Assembly: GCA_951406725.2 (NCBI GenBank)
Contig: OX597822.1
Coordinates: forward strand, 22,630,001 to 22,694,000
Source: Octopus vulgaris
Lineage: Eukaryota
Direction of reading: 5' to 3'
Length of the DNA: 64,000 nt
The notes below the pieces were generated by a model, which saw only the letters and a list, made by a program, of their open reading frames with translations, did not search any database and was not told where the DNA came from. Every line of letters starts with the position of its first letter. The stretch's first letter is position 1. The position numbers and the translations under genes are program-made. This document shows, in pieces, positions 51,850 to 64,000 of the stretch.

Positions 51850-52230
51850 AAACCAAACCCTGATGAACGCCAACCTGCACACTCATGGTCAACTTTCACT
51901 TTACTGATAGAGCCTCTGTACATGGCCTGTACAGCTTTCACAAGCCACTCATTTACCCCTAGTTTTCTCAGAGCCTATATCACACAGTAGGTCCTCTGTC
52001 AAAAGATTTCTCCAGGTCAACAAATGCCAAGTACAAAGGTTTATTCTTAGCCAAAAACTTCAGCAGTTGTCTGACTATAGAGATAGCATCAGTAGTGCTG
52101 CTCTTTGTTACAAAGCCAAACTGCATTTCCCCTAATCTGATTCGGTTCCTAATTAATTGGGCTAAAACTCTCCATAAATTTCAGGACATAGTTCAGCAAT
52201 TTGATACCTCTGTAATTACTTCTATCAAAG
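51850..52230 (-). mobile_element. RTE reverse transcriptase fragment
   Basis: Minus strand MQFGFV..STTDAI..VRQL..LAKNKPLYLAFVDLEKSFDR..EWLVKAVQAMY. Confidence 0.8.
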
Positions 52231-52381
52231 GTATTTCCTTTTCCCTGAATAACCTGATTAACTATACTTTGCCTCAGTCATAGATTTGGATTGCAGCTTT
52301 TCTGGCCATAGGAAACTGCTATAGCAAATTCCGCCTGACCCATGTGAGCAGAGAAAGTGAACACTAAAACTGATGATAATA

Positions 52382-52630
52382 TCATCATCATCATCATCAT
52401 TTAGCATCCGCTTTCCATGCTAGCATGGGTTGGACGGTTCAACTGGGGTCTGGGAAGCCAGAAGGCGCACCAGGCTCCAATCTGATCTGGCAATGTTTCT
52501 ACAGCTGGATGCCCTTCCTAACACCAACCACTCCGTGAGTGTAGTGGGTGCTTTTTACGTGCCACCGGCACAGGTGCCAGACTAGGCTGGCAAACGGCCA
52601 TGGTCGGATAGTGCTTTTTACATGCCACCG
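52382..52630 (-). mobile_element. RTE 3' end (opposite-strand copy at 52905-53030)
   Basis: Conserved terminal module with (CAT)n/(GAT)n tails. Confidence 0.8.
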
Positions 52631-54178
52631 ATATCTATATCAATGGCACACCTACACAAGGGTGCCACCTACATCAAGTTCCACATAACTTTCAGAAAAA
52701 TGGATAGTTTTATAATCAAAATCTACAACTGAAAATTTCATTAAAAAAATATCCATTTTCGAAAGTAATGAGAAACAATGTCAAGGCACACATGTGTAGG
52801 TGTGACTATATGGCATACTACATTACATATATATATATATAAAAATAAGCTGATGTCTATTCACTTTTAAGATGTGTGTATGTGTGAGAGAGAGTATATG
52901 TTATGGGCATCCAGCTGTAGAAACACTGCCAGATCAGACTGGAGCCTGGTGCAGCCTCCTGGCTTCCCAGACCCCGGTCGAACCGTCCAACCCGTGCTAG
53001 CATGGAAAACGGACGTTAGATGATGATGATATTATTATTATTATTAATACTATTTAAAACAATTTGATTCAGCCCCATGCGACTTAAAGTTCCGTAGGCT
53101 TCTTATGGAAACATAGCTCGTTGGGCTCAGTTAACTGAATGGAGAGATGCAGTAAGTCCAAGATTACTACAGGAAAATACTGTAATTGGTGAAGGCAGGT
53201 CACATGCTGTTGTTAGAAATGAGATTGACATTCCAGAGACACCAGGTGCATTAAAAAGGAATACTTCCTGGACCATGTGACTGGACAGGAAGCTGGAGCC
53301 TTGCTGTCTGGCCTGTCTTAAAGGGACCTTGTGGGCCACTAGATCAATGGCCAGTGAGGGCGTGAGTATACCAAATGTATGAGTGCATAGATGTGGGTGT
53401 CTGATGTCTATGCATGTGTATTAGCTACGTGTGGGGGGGGGGCATGTGTGTAAGTTGGTGTGTGGGTGGGCACTAGTGACATCAGTCTGTTGAAAAGTGC
53501 ATATTTGCTAAGGTGTGTGTACATATGGGCGTGAGTGCCTATCAGCCATGTGTGAGTACTTCCCTGCGAAAATATATGGGTGTGTCAACTGTGTATATCA
53601 GCTGCGTGCATATGAGTTGAGAGCGAATACATGTGTATTTGTATATGCATGTGCATGTTTAGGATGCATGCATGAGCGTCTGTGTGTACGAGTGATTGGT
53701 AAATGCAAGTATGTACATTCTAGTATTTATATGTGTATGTATAAATGTGTTTGTATGCATGTATGTGTACAGATATATACATGCTTTGGGATTTATGTGT
53801 GAGCTTGACAAATGTATGCTAGTGTGGTTGCAAGAACATTGCTTGGGCAGGGAGGAATTTGCTGTTGGATTGAGGTTTGATAATGAGAGAGGAAAAGCAT
53901 ATATACATAGATGTTGGTGTGTGAGTGTGCACCCCTGTAAAAGGGGAAAAAAAAAAACCGTAGAGGTTACAGGGGATGCACAAGATTGGAAGGTCAGCCT
54001 CTGGTCTGCATAGATATCGGTGGTTAGAAACGTTGTCTTTGGTTGTGGAACAGCATGTGTTTAAGTGCAGCCAATGTTGATGCAATTATATCTGGCAATT
54101 GTGAGCACCGAGTGAGTAAGGTGAGGCACTATCCATGATGATTCATTCGGTGCGAGGAGTTTCATACATATATATATA

Positions 54179-54580
54179 AGCACAGGAGTGGCTGTGTGGT
54201 AAGTAGCTTGCTTACCAACCACATAGTTCCGGGTTCGGTCCCAGTGCGTGACATCTTGGGCAAGTGTCTTCTACTATAGCCTCGGGCTGACCAAAGCCTT
54301 GTGAGTGAATTTGGTAGATGGAAACTGAAAGAAGCCTGTCGTATATATGTATATACATGTATATGTGTGTGTGCGTCTGTGTTTGTTCCCCTAACATTTC
54401 TTGACAACCAATGCTGGTGTGTTTATGTCCCCGTCACTTAGCGGTTCGGCAAAAGAGACCGGTAGAATAAGTACTAGGCTTACAAAGAATAAGTCCCGGG
54501 ATCGATTTGCTCGACTAAAGGCGGTGCTCCAGCATGGCCGCAGTCAAATGACTGAAACAAGCAAAAGAGTAAAAGAGAAA
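54179..54580 (+). mobile_element. SINE family A, full length
   Basis: Matches 11617-12048. Confidence 0.9.
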
Positions 54581-55088
54581 GAGTATATACCCACACAGTC
54601 GCCCATGATTGTGCAGATATAACAATCCAGATAAAGAGTACTCCTAAATACAAACGTGTAGCATTTTATGCCGCATGGCCTAAATAAATTATATATATAT
54701 ATATCGCTTGGATCGGAGATCTTTACTATCCATAAGGGGTTAAACACAGAGGGGACAGACAAAGGAATTAAGTCGATTATATCGACCCCAGAGCGTAACT
54801 GGTACTTAATTTATCGACCCCGAAAGGATGAAAGGCGGAGCATTGAAGAAACTACATATTCACTAAATCGTTTTCATAATATAGGATCAAATTCTTTCTT
54901 CGTACATTTAACACTTGCACACTGACTAATTACATATATATATATTACAGACGACACGAAGTAACAGTATATTAATTGACACTTCCCACTCCAGACGATA
55001 GCCATATTGTACACATAACAGAAGTTACTGTGGAAGGAGGGGGAGAGCGAAAGGCGATTGGAAATAAACTTCATATTAAAGGTCTTAC

Positions 55089-55119
55089 CGTCAATTTTTG
55101 CCTGACTGAAATGACGGGC
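55089..55119 (-). CDS. CALML4: Calmodulin-like protein 4, coding exon 2 (31 nt)
   Basis: tctttaattccag|GCC CGT CAT TTC AGT CAG GCA AAA ATT GAC G|gtaaga = ARHFSQAKID; 31-nt phase 0-1 exon typical of calmodulin-family genes. Confidence 0.9.
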
Positions 55120-55221
55120 CTGGAATTAAAGACGAAAAATAAATTATATTCAACGAAAATAGTCTCATTATTGGTAGGAGGAAGCCAAAAAGAAAAAAAA
55201 GAAAAGGAGAGAGAGACGTAC

Positions 55222-55224
55222 CAT
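55222..55224 (-). CDS. CALML4: Calmodulin-like protein 4, coding exon 1 (ATG only)
   Basis: aacaaaaATG|gtacgt, 102-nt intron to exon 2; an intron right after ATG is typical of calmodulin-family genes. Confidence 0.8.
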
Positions 55225-55560
55225 TTTTGTTGTTTACTGGGACACCGTTTAAGGTCGCTTAAGTCGGTGAAAAAAACCATTCAGCTAAATGCGTATATTT
55301 AATTTTTGTCGTTTTATTGTATAATAAATTTCCTATTTTAAATTTGAGAATATTTATTCTAATTTTGTGAATATATATGTGTGTGCGCGTTTTATAAGTA
55401 GAAGCTTTTTGAATCTTTTGAATAATCAGCAATGTGTAACACCGGACTTAGATTCCAGAAATTTCAACTTCAAATAAAATATACACTATCTTCAAAATAC
55501 TTTTTATTTTATACGATTGTAAACACAAACGTTCACCAATCTACCACATTCACTCAATAA

Positions 55561-55561
55561 C

Positions 55562-55599
<38 letters not shown>
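55561..55599. repeat. (AGAT)n microsatellite
   Basis: Direct observation. Confidence 0.95.
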
Positions 55600-55600
<1 letters not shown>

Positions 55601-56882
55601 AAAGTGTGCGCGCGCACAAATATGCAGTTGTCAATGATAGAAGCGACAACATTAAGTCAAGCATTGCAGTCGAACCCCACTTGGGTGTGTCAGTGTAACA
55701 TTACAATTCGATGCCTCACTCAGTATTTAGAATTGCAAATAAGTAACTTATTCACTTCATGCAAATCGCCTGATACAGGCATATATAAAATGAGTCAATT
55801 GTATACAAAGCTCATGATTTCAAATTCCGCCGAGGTCGACTTGGCCTTTCATCCTTTCGGGGTCGATTAAACAAGTACCAGTTACGCATTGGCTTCGATG
55901 TAATCCCTTTGTCTATCCTTGTTTGTCCCCTCGATGTTTAGTGCCCTGTGGGCAATAAAGAAATATATTGTATACAAAGCTCAGGGACACGATGACGTGT
56001 CGGAAGCGTTTAATAAAGGAGAGAGAATAAGTTAAGTGAAGAACGACGGTAATGATAGCGAAAAGTGCGTCCACAATACACGGAAGAGAGCCCCAAAAGA
56101 CAGGAAAATCAACAGTAAAAGGACCTTAAAGAGAAAAGGATGCTTAATTTTGTCGAATTGTATGTATGTAGGTATGATGTGGGTGTGCGTCCATCATTAT
56201 CAACATCGTTTAACGTCCGTTCTCCATGTTATGGACGTGTTTGGATGCCCGCCAACCACTTTACGAAGTGTACCAGCAGGATCTTCTACTGGCACCACCA
56301 CTTAGTTGCCTTACAGCTTGCAAGACTTGAAGGTCTAAAGTGTTCCCTATAACAAGAAGAATAAGAAAGAGTCTGTGATTATTTTAGTCAAGGGATATGA
56401 GAGACGCTAAAGTATGATAAGAGGATAAGATTCAGAGTTATGAGAGGGTGGTCGTGAAGAGAGTAACAGAGAAGATACAGATGGAAAAGATAGGATTAGA
56501 GTCAATGATGAGAAGGGAAGGGAGTGGTAAAGGTGATGAGGTAGGTTGTGTAGAGATAGTCCAGAGATATCTCATATAAGGGTGAGTATAGATGGAGAGT
56601 GTGAAAGGATGGGAACATGAAATAGAAAATAAATGAGGGTAGCAAGGAACCAGAAAGAGTCATTGAAAGAGGGGTGTGGAGTCATGGGGTAAACGTGAGA
56701 GAAAAAGAGACTGAGAAGAAATGGTGAATGGCAGTGGGTGAGCAAGATTTGCAAGTGGTGAGATAAGGGATAAAGTGGTATGGGTGATAAAGAGGTAAAA
56801 TAATTGAAGTGAATACGGATGATTGAGTGAAAGAGACAGTTAAATGAGACATGGGTGGCAGTGGTATAAGTAATATATATAC

Positions 56883-57083
56883 CAGTGGTTTTCAACCAGG
56901 GTTCCATCAGTACAGTGCAGGGGTTCTGCAAGAAGTTACAAAACTGCTAAAATCGGCAATAATTTTTAATTTTCCTATGCAGATATGTGTGCATAAGACT
57001 ATTAAATTATTGCACAGAGGTTCCCTGAGCCAGTGGAATGTTTGCTTGGGGTTCCGCTCCAGCAAAAAGTTTGAAAAGCACTG
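56883..57083. mobile_element. hAT MITE
   Basis: TIRs cagtggttttcaa / ttgaaaagcactg; exact 8-bp TSD atatatac; truncated copy at ~44860-44947. Confidence 0.9.
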
Positions 57084-57779
57084 ATATATACTATAGCCAT
57101 CTCTAGTCCCATCAGTCACTCTCCTCTCACACTCTCATGGAATAATTCACCGTTTTCTTCTCCCTTGATCCACTATCTGTATTCTCCTTTATACTTTCTT
57201 GTACTATGAGAGTATGGTCTGGCACCCTCTCATCACCATCTTTCAGCTACCCTCACCCAACCTTATATAATGTTGCATAGTCATAAAGTTCCCCTGTAGC
57301 AAGACGTTTGCACTTGTCCCTCCGCAATACTTTAGACTTCAATACCTAGTATAAAACCACCTTCTCACTCTCAAATACATCCCCACAAAGTCAAGGGAGC
57401 CTTTTCCTTTCCCTTCTTTTCTTTGTCTTGCAGTTTACTTGGTGACCTCACCAACCACCCAATGCATGCTGTAAAATTCATGGCATTAAGGAGGGCTTCA
57501 AGCTATAGAAACTAAGCCAAGGCTGACACAGGAGCTGAACAACACTACCCTACAGCTCATTGGATCCAAACAAATCATCAAATCATAAAGAAAATGGATA
57601 TTAAATGATGACAATTGTGTGTGTGCCTGAGCATGTAATATTCTTTTCTTTCCTATCTTTTTTCCCCTTTAAATTCATCCTTTGTCTTCTCATTTAAATT
57701 TTCACATCAACCTTTTCATTTTCTCTCATGGCTTCTCATGTACCAGTGTCCTGATTTTTAAATATGTACTTATATGTAA

Positions 57780-58490
57780 GTATATATATCTAAATTTTGT
57801 ATAACTCTATTATTCTTTCTATTCTTTCATTCTTTCCTTCTTTCCATCAGCCCTTTCACATTTACTTCGTTCATTCCACTCTTCGTTCTTTTGTTCCCCC
57901 TCTCTCACATTTCCTGGCCTTCTCTTCATGCTCACTTTCCCTCCTCTTTCACTTCACTGTCTCTTTCATTTTTTTCTTGCCCCTCCTTAATTCTTCTATC
58001 CCTCTGTCTCTATCTCTTTCTGTTCTCTCCCCATGTGACTGGCATTCAGCCAAGCTTGACCTTTCTTTCTTGGTTCGAGTACCATCCGTGCAACATATAT
58101 ATTCCTCCCTGTGCCTGTCAAATCTTATGTCCCTGCTGCAAGGCTTTACTTCCACACATGCCATCTTAATTTAATTCCTTCTTGTTATTTGCATTTGTAT
58201 TTGTGTAACATTTCTGTTTTTTCCATCCTTGTTTTTGTATACATTCGCTGCTTTCTTCCAAGGAATCTAATGCTTTTAGCTTAGTTTTTCCTTAGGGCTG
58301 GCCAGATTGGAGCAATCTCGAGTATAACCAGCCAAAATTGCAAAGATAATTTGGAACTCGACTGAGGAAAGAAAACTCTGAATGACATGTCCTTGTTTTC
58401 TTTGAATCATCTGGATGTTTTGTTGTCCCTTTTTTGTATCATCTAACTGTCTGGATGTTTTGTGTTCTTGTCCCATTTTTGCATTTTTTA
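57780..58490 (+). mobile_element. Penelope-like pLTR/3' segment
   Basis: Shares ~300 bp with 63690-64000; contains hammerhead strands. Confidence 0.55.
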
Positions 58491-58508
58491 TAAATAAAAA
58501 TATTGTGG

Positions 58509-58597
58509 CACTATAAAGCCACTATTATCACTCGTATTCTATCTCATCACAATTTTTATTGTGAGGAGATATGAGTGACAATAGTGGCTTTATAGTG
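58509..58597. repeat. Short fold-back palindrome
   Basis: cactataaagccactattatcactc ... gagtgacaatagtggctttatagtg. Confidence 0.8.
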
Positions 58598-58784
58598 GTT
58601 TTTGACTGCTATTTCTAAACAAGTAAGGGTTTTTGAAACCCTCTTATTTATAATTGTGACTTGTTCATAATCATAATCCCTTCTATGTATTTTATGATAA
58701 CATGTTTGCCCATTGATATATTCATAAATAATTATTAATTGTTTATGATATATCCTCCGTAATGTATTATTACATTACTTTTTA

Positions 58785-59001
<217 letters not shown>

Positions 59002-59097
59002 TACTGTCAAGTACTGGGGTCAAAGTAATCAACTTGTCTCCTTTTCTCTCAAAATTGCTAGCCTTGTACCAAAATCTGAAACCATTATTATTATTAC

Positions 59098-59664
59098 TGA
59101 GTGAGCGAGCAGAGCATGCCATCAAAGTGACACTGGGGTAAAATATACGAAGCCCAGTATACCCATCATGACTACCCGTCTGATAAGGGTACACCAGGCA
59201 CATGCATCACAACCATATGTGCGCGACATGGTGATCTCATATCAAGATAAACAGCACATGACCTTGCAGGTGGAGCCCAGTTAGAATTTTCTTCAGATCG
59301 AGTAACCCATCCCGCTCAAAAGGTCCCTGAATAAGGGTTGTTTAAGGACATTGAACGAAACACCCATGTTTCCAGAGGTGAATTATTCAAACCCCAAAGA
59401 ATCCCTCTCAACACATGGCTATGATGCTCCCCCACTACTTCTGCTCGTGATCAGAGATGCACATATCGTCAGCCACTAAGGGACATGCTCAACTGGTTAT
59501 GGTCAAACAACTGACAAGCAAATCTGTGGTATTGAGCAGAATATTTGCTGTAGCCCATCTTTTATACCAAGACAAAACAATGTACATGATAACACTTCCA
59601 ATCAGTTAAGATCAGAAACCATGAGAGCCACTGCCTGGTACTGCATCAGGGCATTTATTATTAC

Positions 59665-59719
<55 letters not shown>

Positions 59720-59780
59720 AATAATATTAATAATATTATTATTATTGAGTGAGAGAGCAGCACATGTCATCAAAGTGACA
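59098..59780 (-). mobile_element. Probable Dong/R4-type LINE 3' ends in (TAA)n arrays
   Basis: The same end tgagtgag.gagcag..catg.catcaaagtgaca occurs at 59098 and 59746, each abutting (ATT)n; TAA-repeat targeting is known for Dong elements; no ORF seen. Confidence 0.5.
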
Positions 59781-61320
59781 TGGGAGCTCCTCTATGCTGA
59801 TGACCTTGCTCTAATTGCTGAGTCACTATCAGAACTAGAGGAGAAGTTTCAGGTGTGGAAACAAGGATTAGAATCGAAGCGCCTTAGAGTCAACCTAACT
59901 AAAACCAAAGTCCTAATCAGTAGGAAGGCAGGCAAACCACAAATCCCTTCAGGTAGATGGCCCTGTTCGATCTGTAGTAGAGGCGTAGGTAGAAACTCTA
60001 TAAGATGTACCCAGTGTAAGCTATGGACACATAAGAAGTGCAGTAATATCAAAGGAAGGCTAACGGGGAAGATAGTTTTTGTATGTGGCAGATGCTTGGG
60101 AGCGATAAACACTGAAAATGCGCAGAGAACAAATTCCGTCACATTCCAGGGAGGAAAAGTAGTTGATAGTTTCCATTACCTAGGTGATCAAGTTAGTAGC
60201 GGGGGAGGGTGCGCTGAAAGTGTAGCTGCTAGAATAAGAATAGCTTGGGCAAAGTTCAGAGAGCTCTTACCTCTGCTGGTGACAAAGGGCTTCTCGCTCA
60301 GAGTAAAAGGTAGACTGTATGACGCATGCGTACGAACAGCCATGCTACATGGCAGTGAAACATGGGCCATGACTGCAGAGGACATGCGTAAGCTCGCAAG
60401 GAATGAAGCCAGTATGATCCGATGGATGTGTAATGTCAGTGTGCATACTCGACAGAGTGTAAGTACCTTGAGAGAAATGTTGGACCTAAGAAGCATCAGA
60501 TGTGGTGTGCAAGAGAGACGACTGCACTGGTATGGTCATGTGGCGAGAATGGATGAGAACAGCTGTGTGAAAAAGTGCCATACCCTAGCAGTTGAGGGAA
60601 CCTGTGGAAGAGGTAGACCCAGGAAGACCTGAGATGAAGTGGTGAAGCACGACCTTCGAACTTTGGGCCTCATCAAGGCAATGACTAGCGATCGAGACTT
60701 TTGGAAATATGCCGTGCACGAGAACACCCGGCAAGCCAAATGAGACCATAATCTTGTGGCCTATGCCAGGGGCGTTACCAGCCCACTTATGCGTACCGTT
60801 TCCTTCTTTGGACATTAAAATTCTGCTTGCAAAGACCTGTTGAGGCAAGTGAAATCAAAAATCAAAATCAAATTCAATGACTGCATCCATGCTAGTGGTG
60901 TGCAAAGAGCACCATACGAGTGTGATCATTGACAGACTGGCTAACCGGCTTCCGTGCCAGTGGCACTTAAAAGTCACGATTCGAGCATGATTGTTACCAG
61001 CGTCGCCTTACTGGCACTCGAGCCCCATGCTAGTAGGGTATTAAGAGCACCATCCGAGCGTGATCGTTACCAGCATCGCCTTAGTGGCACCTGTGCCAGT
61101 AGCATGTGTAAAAGATTCGAATGAAGTCGTTGCCAGTACCACCTGACTGGCCCCATGCCGGTGGCACGTAAAAGCACCCACTACACTCTTGGACTGGTTG
61201 GCATAAGGAAGGGCATCCAGCTGTAGAAACTCTGCCAGATCAAGATTGAAGCCTGGTGCAGCCCTCAGTCATTTATCCAACCCATGCTAACATGGAAAGC
61301 AGACGTTAAACGATAATGAT
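59781..61320 (+). mobile_element. RTE-clade LINE, 5'-truncated
   Basis: WELLYADDLALIA, KTKV, FHYLG, MLHGSETW, RRLHWYGHV, GRGRPRKT; premature TGA at 60630, likely true stop at 60741-60743; 3' UTR to GAT tail. Confidence 0.92.
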
Positions 61321-62181
61321 CATCATCATCATCGTCGTCGTTGTCATAACTGCCATTGTTGTCGTAGTTGTCATTGACATCATCATCATCATCATCATTG
61401 TTTGAAATCTGCTTTTCAAACTGACATAAGCTGGACATTTTGCCAGGAGCTTTCAAACCAGAAGACTGTGCTAAACCCCAATGTCTGCGTTGGCGTGATT
61501 TCTATGGCTGGATGTCCAACCTAATGCCAGACAATTTTCCAAGTGTAATGGGTGCTTTTCATGTGGCGCTAGCACCAGTGAGGTCATTAAATAACTTGCA
61601 AGACAAGTCCCCTTAACTAAAGCAAGACTAGAATTGAAGCTTTGTGCTAGGTCACAAGAGGTTAGACTATGGTTGGGGGATAGAAACAGATGTCTTGCAG
61701 CAGAGGAGACACATGGCTATATACAAGTGGAAAAAGAGAGGAGAGGTGAGAAAGACGATGGGGAAAATATATGTCAGGGTATACCCTCAGTTACAGGAAA
61801 GGGTATGTAAATGTAGTGGTACAGAAAATTAGATAGGATGAGTAGGCAGGTAAAGTTTACAAAATGGTAAAGAGATTTTAGTGTTGAAATCAGTTATCAC
61901 CAAAGTCAATTTTGCTTTTTATCCTTTTAGCTTCCATAAAAATGTATCAACCTATGGTGGTTGATTGTCAGAATTGCTAAAGTGTCAGAGAACAACCTTC
62001 CAGATCATTGCATTTGAAATCAAATTCCACTTTGATGCCTAAAAAGCATCCACAGACCTTATGTGGCAAGTATATCTAAAAATAGGAGAGCTGGCAACAG
62101 AAAGGGTATCAGGTTGTTAAAAATCCACCTCAACAAATTCTGTTTGAGCCATGCAATCATGGACAAAGAAAGCAGTAGATA

Positions 62182-62213
<32 letters not shown>

Positions 62214-63277
62214 GATATACATATATGCATACACGATGGCTCAGAATCTAATTTTAAGAATAGACAAATATCTAAAATAAAACTTCTCTTGCAACTCCCA
62301 AAATTTGATTTGTCAGAACATGCTCTGAATGTTTGAAAAACTATATTGGACAGACTGAACTTTTGCTATGTAGAAGTATGTCAGTACATAAATAGTGGAT
62401 TAATTAGGAAAAATCAGGAAAATCTTATCAAGTCGACATACAATAATATGTACTGGAGTGGAATTGCCAAATTTTAATATATTTCTATTCTACAAATCCT
62501 AAAATTCAATCATGGATAAGGGATAAACAAAGAAAACCAATTTGCTATGAAATATCACTCCAGTTTGAACAGTTTATAAATAATTTTTATGAATGATGAT
62601 ATGAAGAATACAACACAGACATTTCAGCCTACAGCAGTGTACATTTCAAATACACATACACAGGAATGCACACACCTGTTCACATACTGGTTGGATATGT
62701 ACAACATCTTATTAACTTGCATATATGTATTGATAGGTGGGTGCCTGTATATCATTGTAAATAGAAGGAATTGTGTGTATGTGTATCTCTGTATATCTTA
62801 TATGAGCTATTAAATCTTTTTACTTATCTGCACACCTTTTGTTCCATCTTGTGTTAGATTACTACATTAAGCACTTAAGTATTAATGATGTAAATTCTTT
62901 ATTAAATACTTCTTGCCTACTAATATGATACTTTCATTCTTCATCTACCTACAATACTTTGACCTCTCTATTAATTCACTTTACTGTATCTATTTGCCTG
63001 TATCCCTTTGGCAATACTGCTTAAAAGACATTTTCTTTTGAAAAATTCTTAGAGTGAAAACAGGTTGAAAAGGGATGTAAATATATTTAATATAAAATAA
63101 CATCTGTTACTTGTTCTCTAATTTATCTAAAATGATTTAAAATTTTATTATGTGTTTTCATTCATTTTGTTCAAGTATGTATGTTTTAAGATTCTATAGA
63201 ATCTAGGCACATTGATATGTAAGATGCCTGAAATGGCTAGGTACAATAACATACATTTCAAAGTGAGATAAACAAGA

Positions 63278-63314
63278 ATGAAGATATCAAACATTTGTAG
63301 GATACTGTTGATAT
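63278..63314 (+). CDS. Possible first coding exon of an unidentified gene (MKISNICRILLI)
   Basis: Acceptor-like ttctatag ending 63199, ATG at 63278, donor gtaagt at 63315, signal-peptide-like start; no homology evidence. Confidence 0.2.
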
Positions 63315-63629
63315 GTAAGTACCAAATCTAATTTAAACCGTAGATCCAGCTCTGTGATTGGTTCTAGGTGTGGCTTAAGTATAAAAAGAGAACATAAATC
63401 AGGTCTAAAATTTACAACAGCTGTTTTGGTAAAATTTTATTGATGTATTCTTAGATTATATCATAACATATAAACCACCATCTTCAGGCAAATGCCTCCG
63501 TAAAGTCCAGCACTTGGAAGGTGCTTTTTATGTGCCACTAGTATGAATGCTAGGTACGTGACACCAGCATCGACCACAATGCCTCCATAAGACCCAATGC
63601 TTGAAAGATGCTTTTTATGTGCCACTGTG

Positions 63630-64000
63630 CCACATGTATCTCCCCACGTGACCATTGTTCGGCCAAGCCTAACCTTCTTTCTTGGTCCGACTGTCATCCG
63701 TGCAACATCTGTATTCCTCCCCATGCCTGTCATCTCTTATATCCCTGCCATAAGGCTTTACTTTCACACATGCCAGCTTATTTTTAATTTGCCCTTAGTT
63801 GAAAGACACCTGTTGTTACGTCCTGTTATTTGTATTAGTGTACCATTTCTCCGGTTTTTTTTCCATCCTTATTTTCCAAGGAATCTAATGCTCTTAGCTT
63901 AGTTTTTCCTTGGGGCTGGCCAGATTGGAGCAATCTCAAGTATAACCAGCTGAAATTGCACAGATAACCTGGAACTCGACTGAGGAAAGAAAACTTCAAA
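63630..64000 (+). mobile_element. Penelope-like pLTR segment, runs off window
   Basis: Second copy of the 57780-58490 family. Confidence 0.55.

Noticed and set aside
59745-59780. N-terminus of the 295-aa ORF
   Set aside because: Comes from a different repeat end fused to the truncated RTE; not a real start.

Overview
Repeat-dense eukaryotic genomic DNA; the SINE, RTE, Penelope and microsatellite repertoire points to an Octopus species (inference, no database search). One complete protein-coding gene is recoverable by hand: a calmodulin-like protein 4 (CALML4)-type EF-hand gene on the minus strand with 5 coding exons (55224-33549, 154 aa, all GT-AG introns in consistent phase). Nearly everything else is transposon-derived: tRNA-derived SINEs, CR1/L2, RTE and probable Dong/R4 LINE remnants, Penelope-like pLTR fragments, Tc1/mariner, hAT, Kolobok-type, piggyBac and Helitron elements. 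Most notable: (1) non-coding LTR retroelements, including a young copy with a perfect tRNA-Trp PBS inside a Tc1 transposon; (2) minimal hammerhead-ribozyme-like motifs with covarying 3-8 core pairs; (3) hammerhead strands in a non-canonical order in more than one repeat family; (4) long fold-back palindromes whose apices fall on hammerhead motifs, two of them in CALML4 introns. All alignments were done by eye.
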